Shown piece after piece: positions 37,724-50,774 of a stretch of 64,000 nucleotides of DNA (within the stretch, counting starts at the first letter, position 1; every line of letters begins with the position of its first letter). The position numbers were made by a program, and so were the translations under genes. This stretch comes from Octopus vulgaris. Taxonomy: Eukaryota. The stretch spans positions 49,538,001 to 49,602,000 of the forward strand of contig OX597821.1 of assembly GCA_951406725.2 (NCBI GenBank), read 5' to 3'. The notes under the pieces are model-generated. The model was not told the origin of the DNA and ran no database searches. It saw only the letters and a program-made list of their open reading frames with translations.

Positions 37724-37830
37724 CCATGAAAGGAAAACATCATATACGCAAGTGGTCCCACATCCTGTATCTCCTCTTCCACCATGACTTGTACAGTTTA
37801 TGAACTCATAACAGTACTTTTGCCCCTGAG
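37724..37830 (+). other. Candidate spliced exon
   Basis: Branch-point-like TACTGAC (37701), acceptor ttatcag|, perfect donor GAG|GTAAGT. CCACCATG at 37779-37786 opens MTCTVYELITVLLPL up to the donor. Confidence 0.35.
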
Positions 37831-38686
37831 GTAAGTAGACAATACCACCACCATCACCACCACCACCACCATCACCACCACCACCACCATCCACATCCAT
37901 CAAAAAAATTTTAAATAATTATAAAAATAAAAAATTTCCAACTTACTTCTGCAATTAAATAAAACGAAAAAGATAGTCACTCCAGCCCAGTACTCCACAC
38001 TGGAGAAATACAATCAATCAGGAATCAATGAGGAATAAACTTGTTGCTATGGACAACCATGGCATCTGAAGCAAATGAGTCAGAGAGAAACAGAGAGAGA
38101 AAAAGAGGGAGGGAGGGAAAGAGGGTTAAGGTGTAGAGGAAAGAAGGAGAAAGAACAGATGGATGGAAGGGATGGATGGAGAGGGTGTGGAGAGAGAGAC
38201 AGTGGGGGATGAGAGAAGATAGGCTATTGAGAGAAAATGTATTGAGGAGTGTGTGTGTGCATGTGATTTTTTGTGAATGCGGGTGCATAAGTGTGTGTGT
38301 ACAAGTGACGAAAATAGTAGAAGAGATTCAGAGAATATACTAGACAGTCAGTCAGCAAGACCGTCTGTCAGAGAGTTTACTACACAATAGAAAGCCAGAT
38401 TGATTTGTTGTTGTTATTTTTCAAAGAGACAACATTGGCTCCGCTAGTGGATGTTCTTGATACCTCTGTCTCTAGAGTCAATGTTGATTTTATGTGTGGT
38501 ACTTAAAGTTGTGTGTGAATGATGCAAGGTTAAAAAAGTCAGAGGTAGAATAAAAGGTATTTATCAATTGCATAAGTGTGCATGTTGTTGGATGTGGGGG
38601 TGGTAAATAGGTCATTCGTGTATACAAGGAAGAGAGGGGGTGGACAAAATTGAGCCCTAGGGTACACCAGAGTTAATAGGGATGGA

Positions 38687-39109
38687 GGATCTTTTCGGTT
38701 TGAATGGCCGTTTTTAACATAATTTCTAGGTAACTAAAAAATTTTAAACTTCTTATACTGGTAGAATGTGTTTATAAAACATCTTTTTCGCTTGGCTTTA
38801 TTGAGAAAATTCTATTGTTTGTAAGATATTTGTTGTTTTTTTTTCCTTCAATTTCTGCAATTTCAACCAATCACTGACGTCTATTGAGGTAAAAAAAAAC
38901 ATTCTGTGCCGTAGGAATATGTCCCGCGTTTAAGAAACAGATTGGGTTTATTTACATTTGTGAAGAAAAAAGATACCCCCCCCTAACTCTAACTAACCCT
39001 AACCCTAAAATAGATTGAAATGCAATAGATTGATGCTAGGGTCATAATTATGGATGACAATTTCATATGACACCGCTAGAAGAAACTGCCGTTCAAACCA
39101 AAAAGATCC
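38687..39109. mobile_element. MITE with ~27-bp TIRs, 2-bp GA flanking duplication and internal TAACCC repeats, inserted in an old minus-strand LINE RT remnant
   Basis: GGATCTTTTCGGTTTGAATGGCCGTTT versus AAACTGCCGTTCAAACCAAAAAGATCC. ctaaccctaaccctaa at ~38993-39008. Confidence 0.85.
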
Positions 39110-39199
39110 GAGATGGGATTGATGACAAGACAATTTGCAGAAGGCAAGTATGGATGTTAAAAATCATTTAGCCAAATGTTGGATCAAAAAAGCCATAGA

Positions 39200-39545
39200 T
39201 TATATGTATAACAAGTAGTAAGAGATAAGGGACTGTAAGAAATAGAGAGCAATAACAGAGAGAGGGGGGAGAAGGAGAGAGAGAGCTGGACATATACCTA
39301 GGAGTGAGAAGTAGGGACCTATGACAAGGAAGGAATGATAGAGGTTATAATATGGAGGAAGAGATAGGAACCTATAACAAGGAAGGAGAGGTATAGGGGC
39401 TATAACAAGAAGTGGGAGATCGAAGGGCACATATCAAGGAGTGAGAGTCAGGTGGGGCACTTACAAAAGAGTGAGAGATAGGGACTTATAACAAGAAAGG
39501 AGAATTATCATTGACAAGAAATAAGGCAAGAACCTATAACAGTGA
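39200..39545. repeat. Degenerate ~27-30 bp purine-rich minisatellite (GAGATAGGGACCTATAACAAGGAAGGA-like)
   Basis: About ten diverged units visible. Confidence 0.65.
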
Positions 39546-39969
39546 GGAGAATTTTTACAAGGGCCCTTAGCTGTGAGCCTCAAGCTAGATCTGGAGCTCC
39601 ACAGCAGAGTATCCTCCAGATGAAAAGTAGTGTAGTGGTACAGTTAAGTGTCATAAAGCTAAAGACCAGACTGGAATGGAATGAAAGAAAGAGGGGAAGA
39701 ACAAACATTATCAGGTAGTTGGATGTAGTATGGAGGGAAGCCCAAAGTAAGAGGTTTGTGAATGTTAAGTGATGTGAAGATAAAGGATGTAATCCACTGT
39801 AATAAAGCAGTGGGTAAGAGCCAGGATATCAGTGTGTATGTAATGATAGTGAGGTATTTGCCCTCACTGACCTCAAAAAGAAAGAGGCATTGAAATGCTA
39901 CCATGAGAGGTTGGTGAATGAGGAAATTAACAGAAGGAGACAGACAGAAAGAAAAAGAAATAGACATTT

Positions 39970-40630
39970 CTTTTACCTTTTATCTTTTGCTTGTCTCAGT
40001 CATTTGACTGCAGTCATGTTGGGGCACTGCCTCGAATGACTTAGTGAAATAGATCAATCCCAGAAATTATTCTGTTGGTCTCCTTGCTGAAACTGCTAAG
40101 TTATGGAGACTTAAACAAACCTATTTCTTTTACTACCCACAAGAGGCTAAACACAGAGGGGACAAACAAGGACAGACAAACGGATTAAGTCGATTACATC
40201 GACTCCAGTGCGTAACTGGTACTTAATTTATTAACCCCGAAAGGATGAAAGGCAAAGTCGACCTCGGCGGAATTTGAACTCAGAACGTAACGGCAGACGA
40301 AATACAGCTACGCATTTCATCCGGAGTGCTAACGGTTCTGCCAGCTCGCCAAACAAACCAACACCACTTGTCAAATGGTGGTGAGGGTTGTAGACATACA
40401 CAAACACTAACACACACACATGCACGCACGCACACACGCGCATGCACACACACACATACACATGCACACAGACACACACACAGAGTGGAATTTCATGCAG
40501 TTTCCATCTACCAAATTTTCTCACAAGACACTGATCACCTCAGGGCTATGGTAGAAGTCACATTTCCAAGGTATCATACAGTGAGACTGGACCTAAAGCC
40601 ATGAGGTTGCAAAGTGAGCTTCTTAACCAC
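39970..40630 (-). mobile_element. Old SINE A copy with a nested young SINE B (40122-40350)
   Basis: The nested element is flanked by AAACAAACC at 40113-40121 and 40351-40359. Confidence 0.8.
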
Positions 40631-41625
40631 ACAACCATACCCACACCTATCTACAAAGAGGGAGTAAGAGAGAGGAGGGTGAGTTAAAATGAGAGAGAGG
40701 GAGAGAAAAAGACCCAACAGATCAAGTAAGAGAGGGGTGACCAAGTAGACCCAACAGAGGAAGCGGCTATTAAACTATACAGTTACCTAGTCAAAGAATC
40801 CTTTAACAAAATCAGCTGGACTGTAAGGGATAGTCATTGAGATATTGAAAATATCTAATGAAGTGTGTAACAAGTGCATGTCAGTCAAATAAACTGTAAG
40901 GTAGTACCAGAGGGGTTATTCTCAATGACTGATGTATCAATATATTCATTAACTACTACAAGAGCAAAGGAGATTTTGTAGAAAGGATTTGCTGAAGAAA
41001 CATTAGATAGATGGAACAGGTGATGAAATCAACAGTAAAACATAGAGCACAACTAAGCCTAATTAGGAAAAAAATTAGTTGAGATAAGAAGCAGTTCAAG
41101 TTTGTGTTAAGATAGGGTAGCACTAATACCTACTCTTAATGAGACATCAACAGAGGAAGTTTTAAGTAAGACCCAAGCTACTTCATGTAGCAGTTGTTGA
41201 CTTGGAGAAAACCTTTGACAGTGCCATGCACTATAGTTTAAAACTCACTTTAAAACCTCTTTTATTACTTTTGGAGCCATAAACTATGCACCAGTCATTT
41301 ATTAAGGTTGAGACCATCAACTACAACTACTGCTGCTATTGCTGCTACCATTTTGAAACTGAACACATGTTCCTTTGCACAAATGTATAAAATCAGTTTT
41401 AATTAATTGTATTAATTAATGCCATAATTATTTTCAGCTGATTCATATTTAATGATTAGAGCTATCCATTAATGGGTTATCAATCCACCATGATAATTTC
41501 AAAGTTAAAAAACAATTAAATTTACATTATTCATTTTACAACAAAATAAAGTAGGTCATAGCTGGCCAATTATGGTTGTTGAAATTTGTGACTAAGAAGG
41601 TATTTCTGACTGTATGGCACCTGGT

Positions 41626-41668
41626 CCAATCTCATTGGCCTTTAAGAAAGGTCATGACATGACCTTTC
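41626..41668. promoter_or_regulatory. Inverted CCAAT pair next to a perfect 23-bp palindrome containing AAGGTCA-N5-TGACCTT
   Basis: CCAAT at 41626, ATTGG at 41634, GAAAGGTCATG-A-CATGACCTTTC at 41646-41668, in non-repetitive-looking DNA. Confidence 0.35.
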
Positions 41669-42548
41669 AGTCAGCCCTCCCCATTTCCATGTAATCTGCA
41701 TCCAGAAAATTAATTTTCTAAACATTGTTAATGTAAACACCTGTAACAAAGTACCGTGTTAAACTTCATCAAAAGTGCTTCAACTTCCTCTTGTGTATAC
41801 AAATGGATTAATAATTTCCGTTTCGGTAGATAATCTTTATTAATATGGATTAACACAGATTAAACCTGTTGAATGTGTATTTTAATGACAGATATAGGCT
41901 AATGAGTTTTGGCTGAGTGTCATGCTAGTAAAAGTGTGCACACATACACATGTATATATGCACATATACATATTTATACACACACACGTACACAATCACA
42001 TACACACATATACACACACAGACACATACATATACACATACATACATTCAACTATAAAGACACACACATTCACACACATACACATACACATACATACACA
42101 TGCATACACATACATGCACATACATGTGCGCACACATGTATGCATGCATGCACACATACAAACATAGGTGAAAACTTTGCTTACTCAGCAGGTGCTACAA
42201 TTCTACAATTACTCCAACCTCACTCTGTATTATACAGGCAGTAAAGATCTAGGAAATGAAAAAAAAATTAGCAGGAAAATACAAACATGACACCCCCTCC
42301 TCCAATATTAAAAGTCAAATACAAATACATACAAACTTACACTCATGCACATACACATACACACACGTGCACTTTCTATCATGTACACACACATACACAC
42401 ACACACACACACTCATGCACAGATATATGTATTCACACATTCATCCACATAATACACACACAGTCATGCACAGGTATATGTATATACACACACACATCCA
42501 CACACTCACACACATATAATTATATACACACACTATTTTGTAAGTAGT

Positions 42549-43045
42549 CATCATCATCATCATCATCATCATTTAGCGTCCGCTTTCCATGCTAGCATGG
42601 GTTGGACGGTTCAACTGGGGTCTGTGAAGCCAGAAGGCTGCATCAGGCCCAGTCTGATCTGGCAGTGTTTCTACGGCTAGATGCCCTTCCTAATGCCAAC
42701 CACTCCGAGAGTGTAGGGGGTGCTTTTTACGTGCCACTGGCACAGGTGCCAGACGGAGCTGGCAAACGGCCACGGACAGATGGTGCTTTTTATGTGCCAC
42801 TGGCACGGGGGCCAGGCGAGGCTGGCAAAAGCCACAAACAGATGGTGCTTTTTTATGTGCCACCGGCACGGAGACCAGTCGGGGCGGCACTGGCAACAGC
42901 CATGATCGGATGGTTTGCTTACTTGTCACTGGCACTGGTATCACAGCTTCAATTTCCATTGATGTTGATCGATTTTGATTTTGGTTCTGCTTTCTGATAT
43001 CTGATTTGATTTGGTTTGATTTTGATTTTGATTTTGATTTTGATG
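42549..43045 (-). mobile_element. RTE LINE 3' UTR-only insertion
   Basis: Reverse complement of 14670-15097, including the (GAT)n tail and ~60-bp sub-repeats. Confidence 0.9.
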
Positions 43046-43510
43046 TATACTGTGATGTAGATGATGACCAGCGGTACCAGCCTTTCTGCTATGAACTCAG
43101 TACCTTGGGCTCAACTAGTCTCTATCTTTATCCATTCCAGTTAAGGCAACCATTCCTTTCCCTTAACAACAACAACTATCTGCTCCCATCTCCCCACTCT
43201 GTCTTCCTCCTCTCCATTTTGTTCAGTCTTATCAACCTTATATGACTCCTACTCCCACATATTTGACTTCCGTCTTTTCCTTTCTTACTTCTTGACTGTT
43301 CTATTTCTTCAAGCATTTGCTTTTTTTAAATTCTGTTTTTCCAGCTTTGCTATTAGCTTCAGCTCACATCTGCAGTGGGTTAACTTGGAATTTCCAAGTG
43401 ACAATATAACCTTCTCGGTCTGATGATTATTAGCTAAGTTGAGTAGCCCTCATTAGAGGATCAGCTAGCTAAGAAATATATGTAGCCTAGATTTTACCTG
43501 TTCCATTCCC

Positions 43511-46274
43511 TCAAACCAAATCAAAATAGATGAACATCAATGGAATTTGTATCTTTGTGGTACCAGTGGCACATAAGAAAACCATCCGAACGTGGCCATA
43601 GCCAGTACTGCATCGACTGGCCTCCGTGCTGTGGGCACGTAACAAACACCATCCGATCGTGGCCGTTTGCCAGCCTCGTCTGGCACCTGTGTCGGTGGCA
43701 CATAAAAAACACCATCCGAGCGTGGCCGTTCGCCAGCCTCGTCTGGCACCTGTGTCGGTGGCACATAAAATCACACACTACACTCTCGGAGTGGTTGGCG
43801 TTAGGAAGGGCATCCAGTTGTAGAAACACTGCCAGATCTGACTGGCCTGGTGCAGCCTTCGGGCTCCCCAGACCCCAGTTGAACCGTCCAACCCATGCTG
43901 GCATGGAAAGCGGACGTTAAACGATGATGATGATGATGATGATGATTCATAGCAACTTTAGTTGCTAACTGTGAGCTATACAGAAACTTTCAAATTATCA
44001 AATTTTCTCATAACTTTGATATGGGACAAAGTGTGTAAACTCCAATGCCAATAAATCATCATTGCTTCTGATTGTACGCTATCCACATTTTTTTATATAC
44101 CCATCACAGACTACTTGAAGCTTACAAACTTTTTACACTTGGATCCCTGGATCTTACCCTTATATATCAATATCAATATATCAAATCAAAAAATCAAAAA
44201 ATCAAAACAAATCAAAATAGATGAACATCAATGGAATTTGTATCTTTGTGGTACCAGTGCCGGTGGCACACAAGAAAACCATCCGAACGTGGCCGTAGCC
44301 AGTACCGCATCGACTGGCCTCCATGCTGTGGGCATGTAACAAACACCATCCGATCATAGCTGTTCGCCAGCCTCATCTGGCACCTGTGTCGGTGGCACAT
44401 AAAAACACCATCCGAAGACCCGGCAAGACTAGTAAGGCCATAACCCGTGGCCCCTACCTGGGACATAGTCAGTCCACCTGTGCATACCTTCCTTCTTGTG
44501 ACACTTGTGAAGACCTGTTGAGGCAAGTGAAAATCAAAATCAAAATCAAAACAAATCAAAATAGATGAACATCAATGGAATTTGTATCTTTGTGGTACCA
44601 GTGCCGGTGGCACACAAGAAAACCATCCGAACATGGCCGTAGCCAGTACCGCATCGACTGGCCTCCGTGCTGTGGGCACGTAACAAGCACCATCCGATCG
44701 TGGCCGTTCGCCAGCCTAATCTGGCACCTGTGTCGGTGGCACATAAAAACACCATCTGAAGACCCGGCAAGACGAGTCAGGCCATAACCCATGGCCCTAC
44801 CAGGGACGTAGTCAGTTCACCTGTGCATACCTTCCTTCTTGTGACACTTGTGAAGACCGTTGAGGCAAGTGAAAATCAAAACAAATCAAAATAGATGAAC
44901 ATCAATGGAATTTGTATCTTTATGGTACCAGTGCTGGTGGCACACAAGAAAACTATCCGAACGTGGCTGTAGCCAGTACCGCATTGACTGGCCTCTGTGC
45001 TGTGGGCACGTAACAAACACCATCCGATCGTTCGCCAGCCTCATCTGGCACCTGTGTCGGTGGCACATAAAAACACCATCCAAAGACCCGGCAAGAATAG
45101 TCAGGCCATAACCCGTGACCCCTACCTGGGACGTAGTCAGTCCACCTGTGCATACCTTCCTTCTTGTGACACTTGTGAAGACCTGTTGAGGCAAGTGAAA
45201 ATCAAATCAAATCAAAACAAATCAAAATAGATGAACATCAATGGAATTTGTATCTATGTGGTACCAGCCTCATCTGGCACCTGTGTCGGTGGAACATAAA
45301 AACACCATCCGAAGACCCGGCAAGAATAGTCAGGCCATAACCCGTGACCCCTACCTGGGACGTAGTCAGTCCACCTGTGCATACCTTCCTTCTTGTGACA
45401 CTTGTGAAGACCTGTTGAGGCAAGTGAAAATCAAAATCAAAATCAAATCAAATCAAATCAAATCAAAACAAATCAAAATAGATGAACATCTTGTGAAGAC
45501 CTGTTGAGGCAAGTGAAAATCAAAATCAAAATCAAATCAAATCAAATCAAAATAGATGAACATCAATGGAATTTGTATCTTTGTGGTACCAGTGCCGGTG
45601 GCATACAAGAAAACCATCCGAACGTGGCCGTAGCCAGTACCGCATCGACTGGCCTCCGTGCTGTGGGCACGTAACAAACACCATCCGATCGTGGGCGTTC
45701 ACCAGCCTCATCTGGCACCTGTGTCGGTGGCACATAAAAACACCATCCGAGCGTGGCCGTCTGCCAGCCTCGTCTGGCACTGTGTCGGTGGCACATAAAA
45801 AAAACACCATCCGAGCGTGGCCGTTCGCCAGCCTTGTCTGGCACCTGTGTCGGTGGCACATAAAATCACACACTACACTCTCGGAGTGGTTGGCGTTAGG
45901 AAGGGCATCCAACTGTAGAAACACTGCCAGATCTGACTGGCCTGGTGCAGCCTTCGGGCTCCCCAGACCCCAGTTGAACCGTCCAACCCATGCTAGCATG
46001 GAAAGCGGACGTTAAACGATGATGATGATGATGATGATGATTCATAGCAACTTTAGTTGCTAACTGTGAGCTATACAGAAACTTTCAAATTATCAAATTT
46101 CCTCATAACTTTGATATGGGACAAAGTGTGTAAACTCCAATGCCAATAAATCATCATTGCTTCTGATAGTACACTGTCCACATTTTTTTATATACCCATC
46201 ACAGACTACTTGAAGCTTACAAACTTTTTACACTTGGATCCCTGGATCTTACCCTTATATATCAATATCAATAT
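43511..46274 (+). repeat. Tandemly amplified RTE 3' UTR (~335-345 bp units) bracketed by two copies of UTR + (GAT)n tail + ~230 bp flank
   Basis: AAATCAAAATAGATGAACATC recurs at ~43518, 44209, 44553, 44883, 45219, 45470 and 45544. 43947-44181 matches 46041-46274. Confidence 0.92.
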
Positions 46275-46286
46275 ATATATATATAT

Positions 46287-47055
46287 ATCATCATCATCAT
46301 CATCATTTAATGTCCATTTTCCATGCTCAGATGGATCAGATGGTTTGACCAGAGCTGGCAAGCTGAAGAGCTGCACCAGTCTCCAGTCTGATGTGGCATG
46401 TTTCTACAGCTGGATGCTCTTCCAAATGCTAAACACTTTACAATGTGAGCTGGGTACTTTCAATGTGGCACCACAAAAGTGCTTTTACATAAAACCAGTA
46501 CAGTGCTCTTGCAGGCCAATTCTCTTCACCAGGTTGAGCCACCTTAACACTTCTGCTGTGCAGGACAGGTCTTCTTGAGTACAGCAAGGTTCCAGGTATC
46601 TCAGTCCTTTGTCATCTCACCTGAAAAGTTCAGCATCCTAAGGTCTTCCTTCAGTATTTTGTCCCATATCTTCCTGGGTCTCCCAATCTCATGTGTTCCA
46701 TCTAATTTGAGAGATTGGCTCTTTATGAAGCTGTTGGCATTCATCTGCATCACATGACCAAACAAGCACAGTCTTCTCACTTGCACATTGCATGCAATTC
46801 CTCTTATGCCTAACCTCTCTCTCAGTACACTAGCGCTCTATTGAACATGTACACTTACATTACACATCCAGCAGAGCATACTAGCTTCATTCCTCTCTAG
46901 TCTTCGTATGTTCTCTGTATTCAGGGCCCATGTCTCACTCTCATGTAGAATTGCTGTTTGTATATATGCATCATATAATCTTCCTTTCACTTGGAGAGAG
47001 AAGCTTTTGGTTGCCAACCAAAGTAAAAGTTCTCTGAATTTTCTCCAGTATTTCC
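46287..47055 (-). mobile_element. Older RTE LINE 3' fragment
   Basis: Minus ORF QVRRLCLFGHVMQM..GRPRKIWDKILKEDLR, with a (CAT)n tail at the left end. Confidence 0.85.
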
Positions 47056-47166
47056 TGAGTGTCCGCAGTTCTTATGGCTTTTGTGCTTCTTTCACAAACA
47101 AATACTACCTTCTCTGATAATCTTCTTATTTTCGCACTACACCGCTTGTGTGTTTATAGCTTACAT

Positions 47167-47205
<39 letters not shown>

Positions 47206-48241
47206 AGGAAGGATAGTAAAAGGAATCATTAATAAGCTCATTATACTGACTAATCTTTCAGTCCCACAAAATAGTGAATGTGTGAGAAGTATTTATCTAG
47301 ATTCTTTATTTCCAGCATTTGTGAATGTTGTTTCTAAGGAAACCAATAATGGCTGATTATCAATTAACAAAGCAGTTCATTGAAGACATTTCGTGGAAAA
47401 TAAATATAAAGAAAATATTTATATTTAAGTATCAGGTGAAGTAAATCAGTAGATTTCATGTTTTACTGCAAAACTATGGACAAACATAAATAAATAAATT
47501 CAACTTAGGGTGAAAGTAAACAAACAAAGTTTGCTTTAGAAGCGTTGAGATGTAGTGAAAGATACAGATAAAGAAATAATTTATTCTCAAATGCAGAACC
47601 ATGTGGTTGGCTTTTGATAAATTTTTCTGAAATATATGGGTAGTTTATCCTGTTCATGCTATTATATTAGCATTATCCTGCGTTTGACAATAAATTATTT
47701 CCTTATCTGTATAAATAAATAAATAAAGAAAGAAAGAAAGAAAGAAGAAAGGAATACCTTAAGGAAGTTGATGGTTCATGGAGTTTATATTTATTGTCCA
47801 ACAGTAAGAGAATCCCTCACTTATTACATAGCATCCCCTATGCACACATACATACAACACACAAGCATATATACACACATACATGCATAAATCTCATTAT
47901 ATTTGTCAGCAGGCACGGCTGTGTGGTAAGAGTTTTGCTTCCCAACCACATGATTCTGGGTTCACTTCCATTGCATGGCATCTTGGGCAAGTGTCTTCTA
48001 CTATATCCTTGGACCAATCAAAGCCTTGTGAGTGGATTTGGTAGACGGAAACTGAAAGAACTCTATTATATCTACTAGCAGAAAGACCACCCACCAGGCG
48101 GTTTTCTACTAGCCAATTGATAATATTTTCACATATTCTAATAATTTTTATGATATTTTACGTCTAATTATTTCTTTGTATAATAGGGCTCATTTGCTTA
48201 GTAAATGTTGCTTTCATTATTTTATCTGTTATTATTTTATC

Positions 48242-48304
<63 letters not shown>

Positions 48305-48484
48305 ATTGCAAACAATGAATGAAATAAACATGAAATGAAAAAATTGTATAAATAAAAGAGTGGATTTGGTAGACGGAAACTGAAAGAACTCTATTATATC
48401 TACTAGCAGAAAGACCACCTTCCAGGCGGTTTTCTACTAGCCAATTGATAATATTTTCCATCATGATAATGCAAGACATAAACC

Positions 48485-48872
48485 ACATAAGCGACATAAA
48501 CCACCCTTAGCCACCCCAAAAGTGGGTCTTCACTCTAAAAAGTCTTGCTTTGTGTCTGGTGGGATTGGAAAGGAATTCTGTACTATGAACTTCTCCCAAG
48601 TAACCAGACAATTAATTCTGAGAAATACTGCACACAACTGGACGAGTTAAAAGCAGCAATTCAAGAGAAACGTCTAGAATTGGCCAACAGGAAGGGTGTT
48701 GTTTTCCATCATGATAATGCAAGACCGCACGTTTCTTTGGGAACCAGACAAAAATTGCTGCAGCTTGGCTGGGATGTGTTATCCCAGCCACCATATTCAC
48801 CAGATATTGCTTCTTTGGATTTCCACTTATTCAGGTCTCTGCAGAATAGTCTTAATGGTAAAAATTTCAATC
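48485..48872 (+). mobile_element. mariner DD34D transposase C-terminal fragment (mellifera-like)
   Basis: LCVWWDWKGILYYELL..HHDNARPH..PPYSPDIASLDFHLFRSLQN. Confidence 0.9.
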
Positions 48873-49280
48873 CTAAGTTAATCAGTGATACCCTTCTCTT
48901 TTTTAATTAAGCTTAAATGATAGAGCTCAATTCGAGGAATTTCATGGTATCAATCTCATACAATGAAGTTTTAAAAGAAAAAAGTTATGAGTGTTTCTCA
49001 AATTTGAGAGTGATAATATAGTTTTACACTTTTTTATGAATATAGTTCTATAAGGGGACTTTTGATATATGTCACCGGCATCATTGAGGTAAGGAAAAAG
49101 TTATCAATGACACCACTAATTTTCACTTAGTTTAATTACATCATCTGTGTTAATAAATGCAATTATATCATTGCCCTTGTGACAAGTCCTGGGCATGTCA
49201 GATGCATTTTGGTTTCCTTCACTCAAATATATATTGTATTTTTAACATAGCATGTCATTGAAGGAAAACAGTGTGTATAT

Positions 49281-49637
49281 TTCTCTTTTTCTCTTTTACT
49301 TGTTTCAGTCATTTGACTGCGGCCATGCTGGAGCACCGCCTTTTAGTCGAGCAAATCGACCCCGGGACTTATTCTTTGTAAGCCCAGTACTTATTCTATC
49401 GGTCTCTTTTGCCGAACCGCTAAGTGACGGGAACGTAAACACACCAGGAGGACAAACACAGACACACAAACACATACATATATATATACATATATACGAC
49501 AGGCTTCTTTCAGTTTCCGTCTACCAAATCCACTCACAAGGCACTGGTCGGCCCGGGGCTATAGCAGAAGACACTTGCCCAAGATGCCACGCGGTGGGAC
49601 TGAACCCGGAACCATGTGGTTGGTTAGCAAGCTACTT
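49281..49637 (-). mobile_element. SINE family A, young copy with internal deletion
   Basis: Near-exact reverse complement of parts of 37269-37682. Confidence 0.9.
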
Positions 49638-50726
49638 ACCACGCAGCCACTCCTGCGATATGTTAAGTATTGTACACAGATGGCTACTTTAATTAATGCT
49701 GTTTCAGTTTCATACGCTGAGTTCATAGTTTTAACTACAAAGACGGAGAAGGGTATCACTGATTAACTTGTCCCCTAGCTCAAGACTTGATTGATTCTTA
49801 TTTTATAGATCTTAAAGGGATGGAAGAGAAAATTAGTGCCAGTGAGATTTGAGTGTAGAATCTAAAGATATGTAATACCACAAAGTATTTTTGGTGTTAC
49901 ACATTTTTAGATTCTGCATTTTGTGTGGTGCTTTACTATTTCTGCCATATACTGTTCTGTGTCATATGAAATGTTAAACTCTACCTTTCATTTAAGAAGT
50001 TATTAACACTAAACACACAAATATGTCTGTCTGTCTGATAACAATCTCTTCTTAGATGGCTGCTACTGTTGCTGTTGTTATTGCTGCTGCTGTTGTTGTT
50101 GTTATGGTGATGATGATGCTGTGGTTGTTGTCATTGTTCAGCTCTCACTGTAGTGGTGCATTATCTTCCAAAACCCATAAAGCTGCTGGCGAATTAAAGA
50201 TAATACAATTTTATCTTATTCCAGCTTAATCAGCTACAATAAAGAAATAGCATTAAGCCAGACCTCTCATGCCAATTTTTGTTCCCTCCTCTTGTAGATT
50301 AAGTTGTTGATCCCTAGATTAACCCCTATCAATGATTATACTATCAGTTTAAGTAGATTTTGCTCTAGTTCTGTCTCACAATTTCATGAACAGAAATGGA
50401 AACTAAATTGGCTTTGATATTATTTCATAATTATTTTGTTGTGTGGTAAGCAGTTTGCTTCCCAGCAACATGGTTTTAGGTTCGTCCCACTTTGTGGTAT
50501 CTTAGGCAAGTGTCTTCTGTTATAGCAGTGGGTTGAGCAAAGCCTTGCGTGTGGATTTGATATACAGAAGCTTAAAGAAGCCTATTATGTGTGCATATGT
50601 ATGTCATTGTTCAGTTTTACTTCAAGATTTTTTGCCAATAGAGAAAGGGCTGGTTTTGTAACCTAGATCCAAGGCTCTTTCATTGGAATTTCAACATCAA
50701 CAACATGGTATTTTTGTATGTATATA

Positions 50727-50772
<46 letters not shown>

Positions 50773-50774
50773 TG

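Noticed and set aside
41909-42547. His/Thr-rich ORFs, and similar YI/CV/LS-repeat ORFs throughout the window
   Set aside because: Translations of (CA)n, (TA)n and (CT)n microsatellites.
43345-43423. Second coding exon continuing the 37784 ATG (…SFAISFSSHLQWVNLEF…)
   Set aside because: The join is arbitrary, yields only a ~41-aa peptide and has no independent support.
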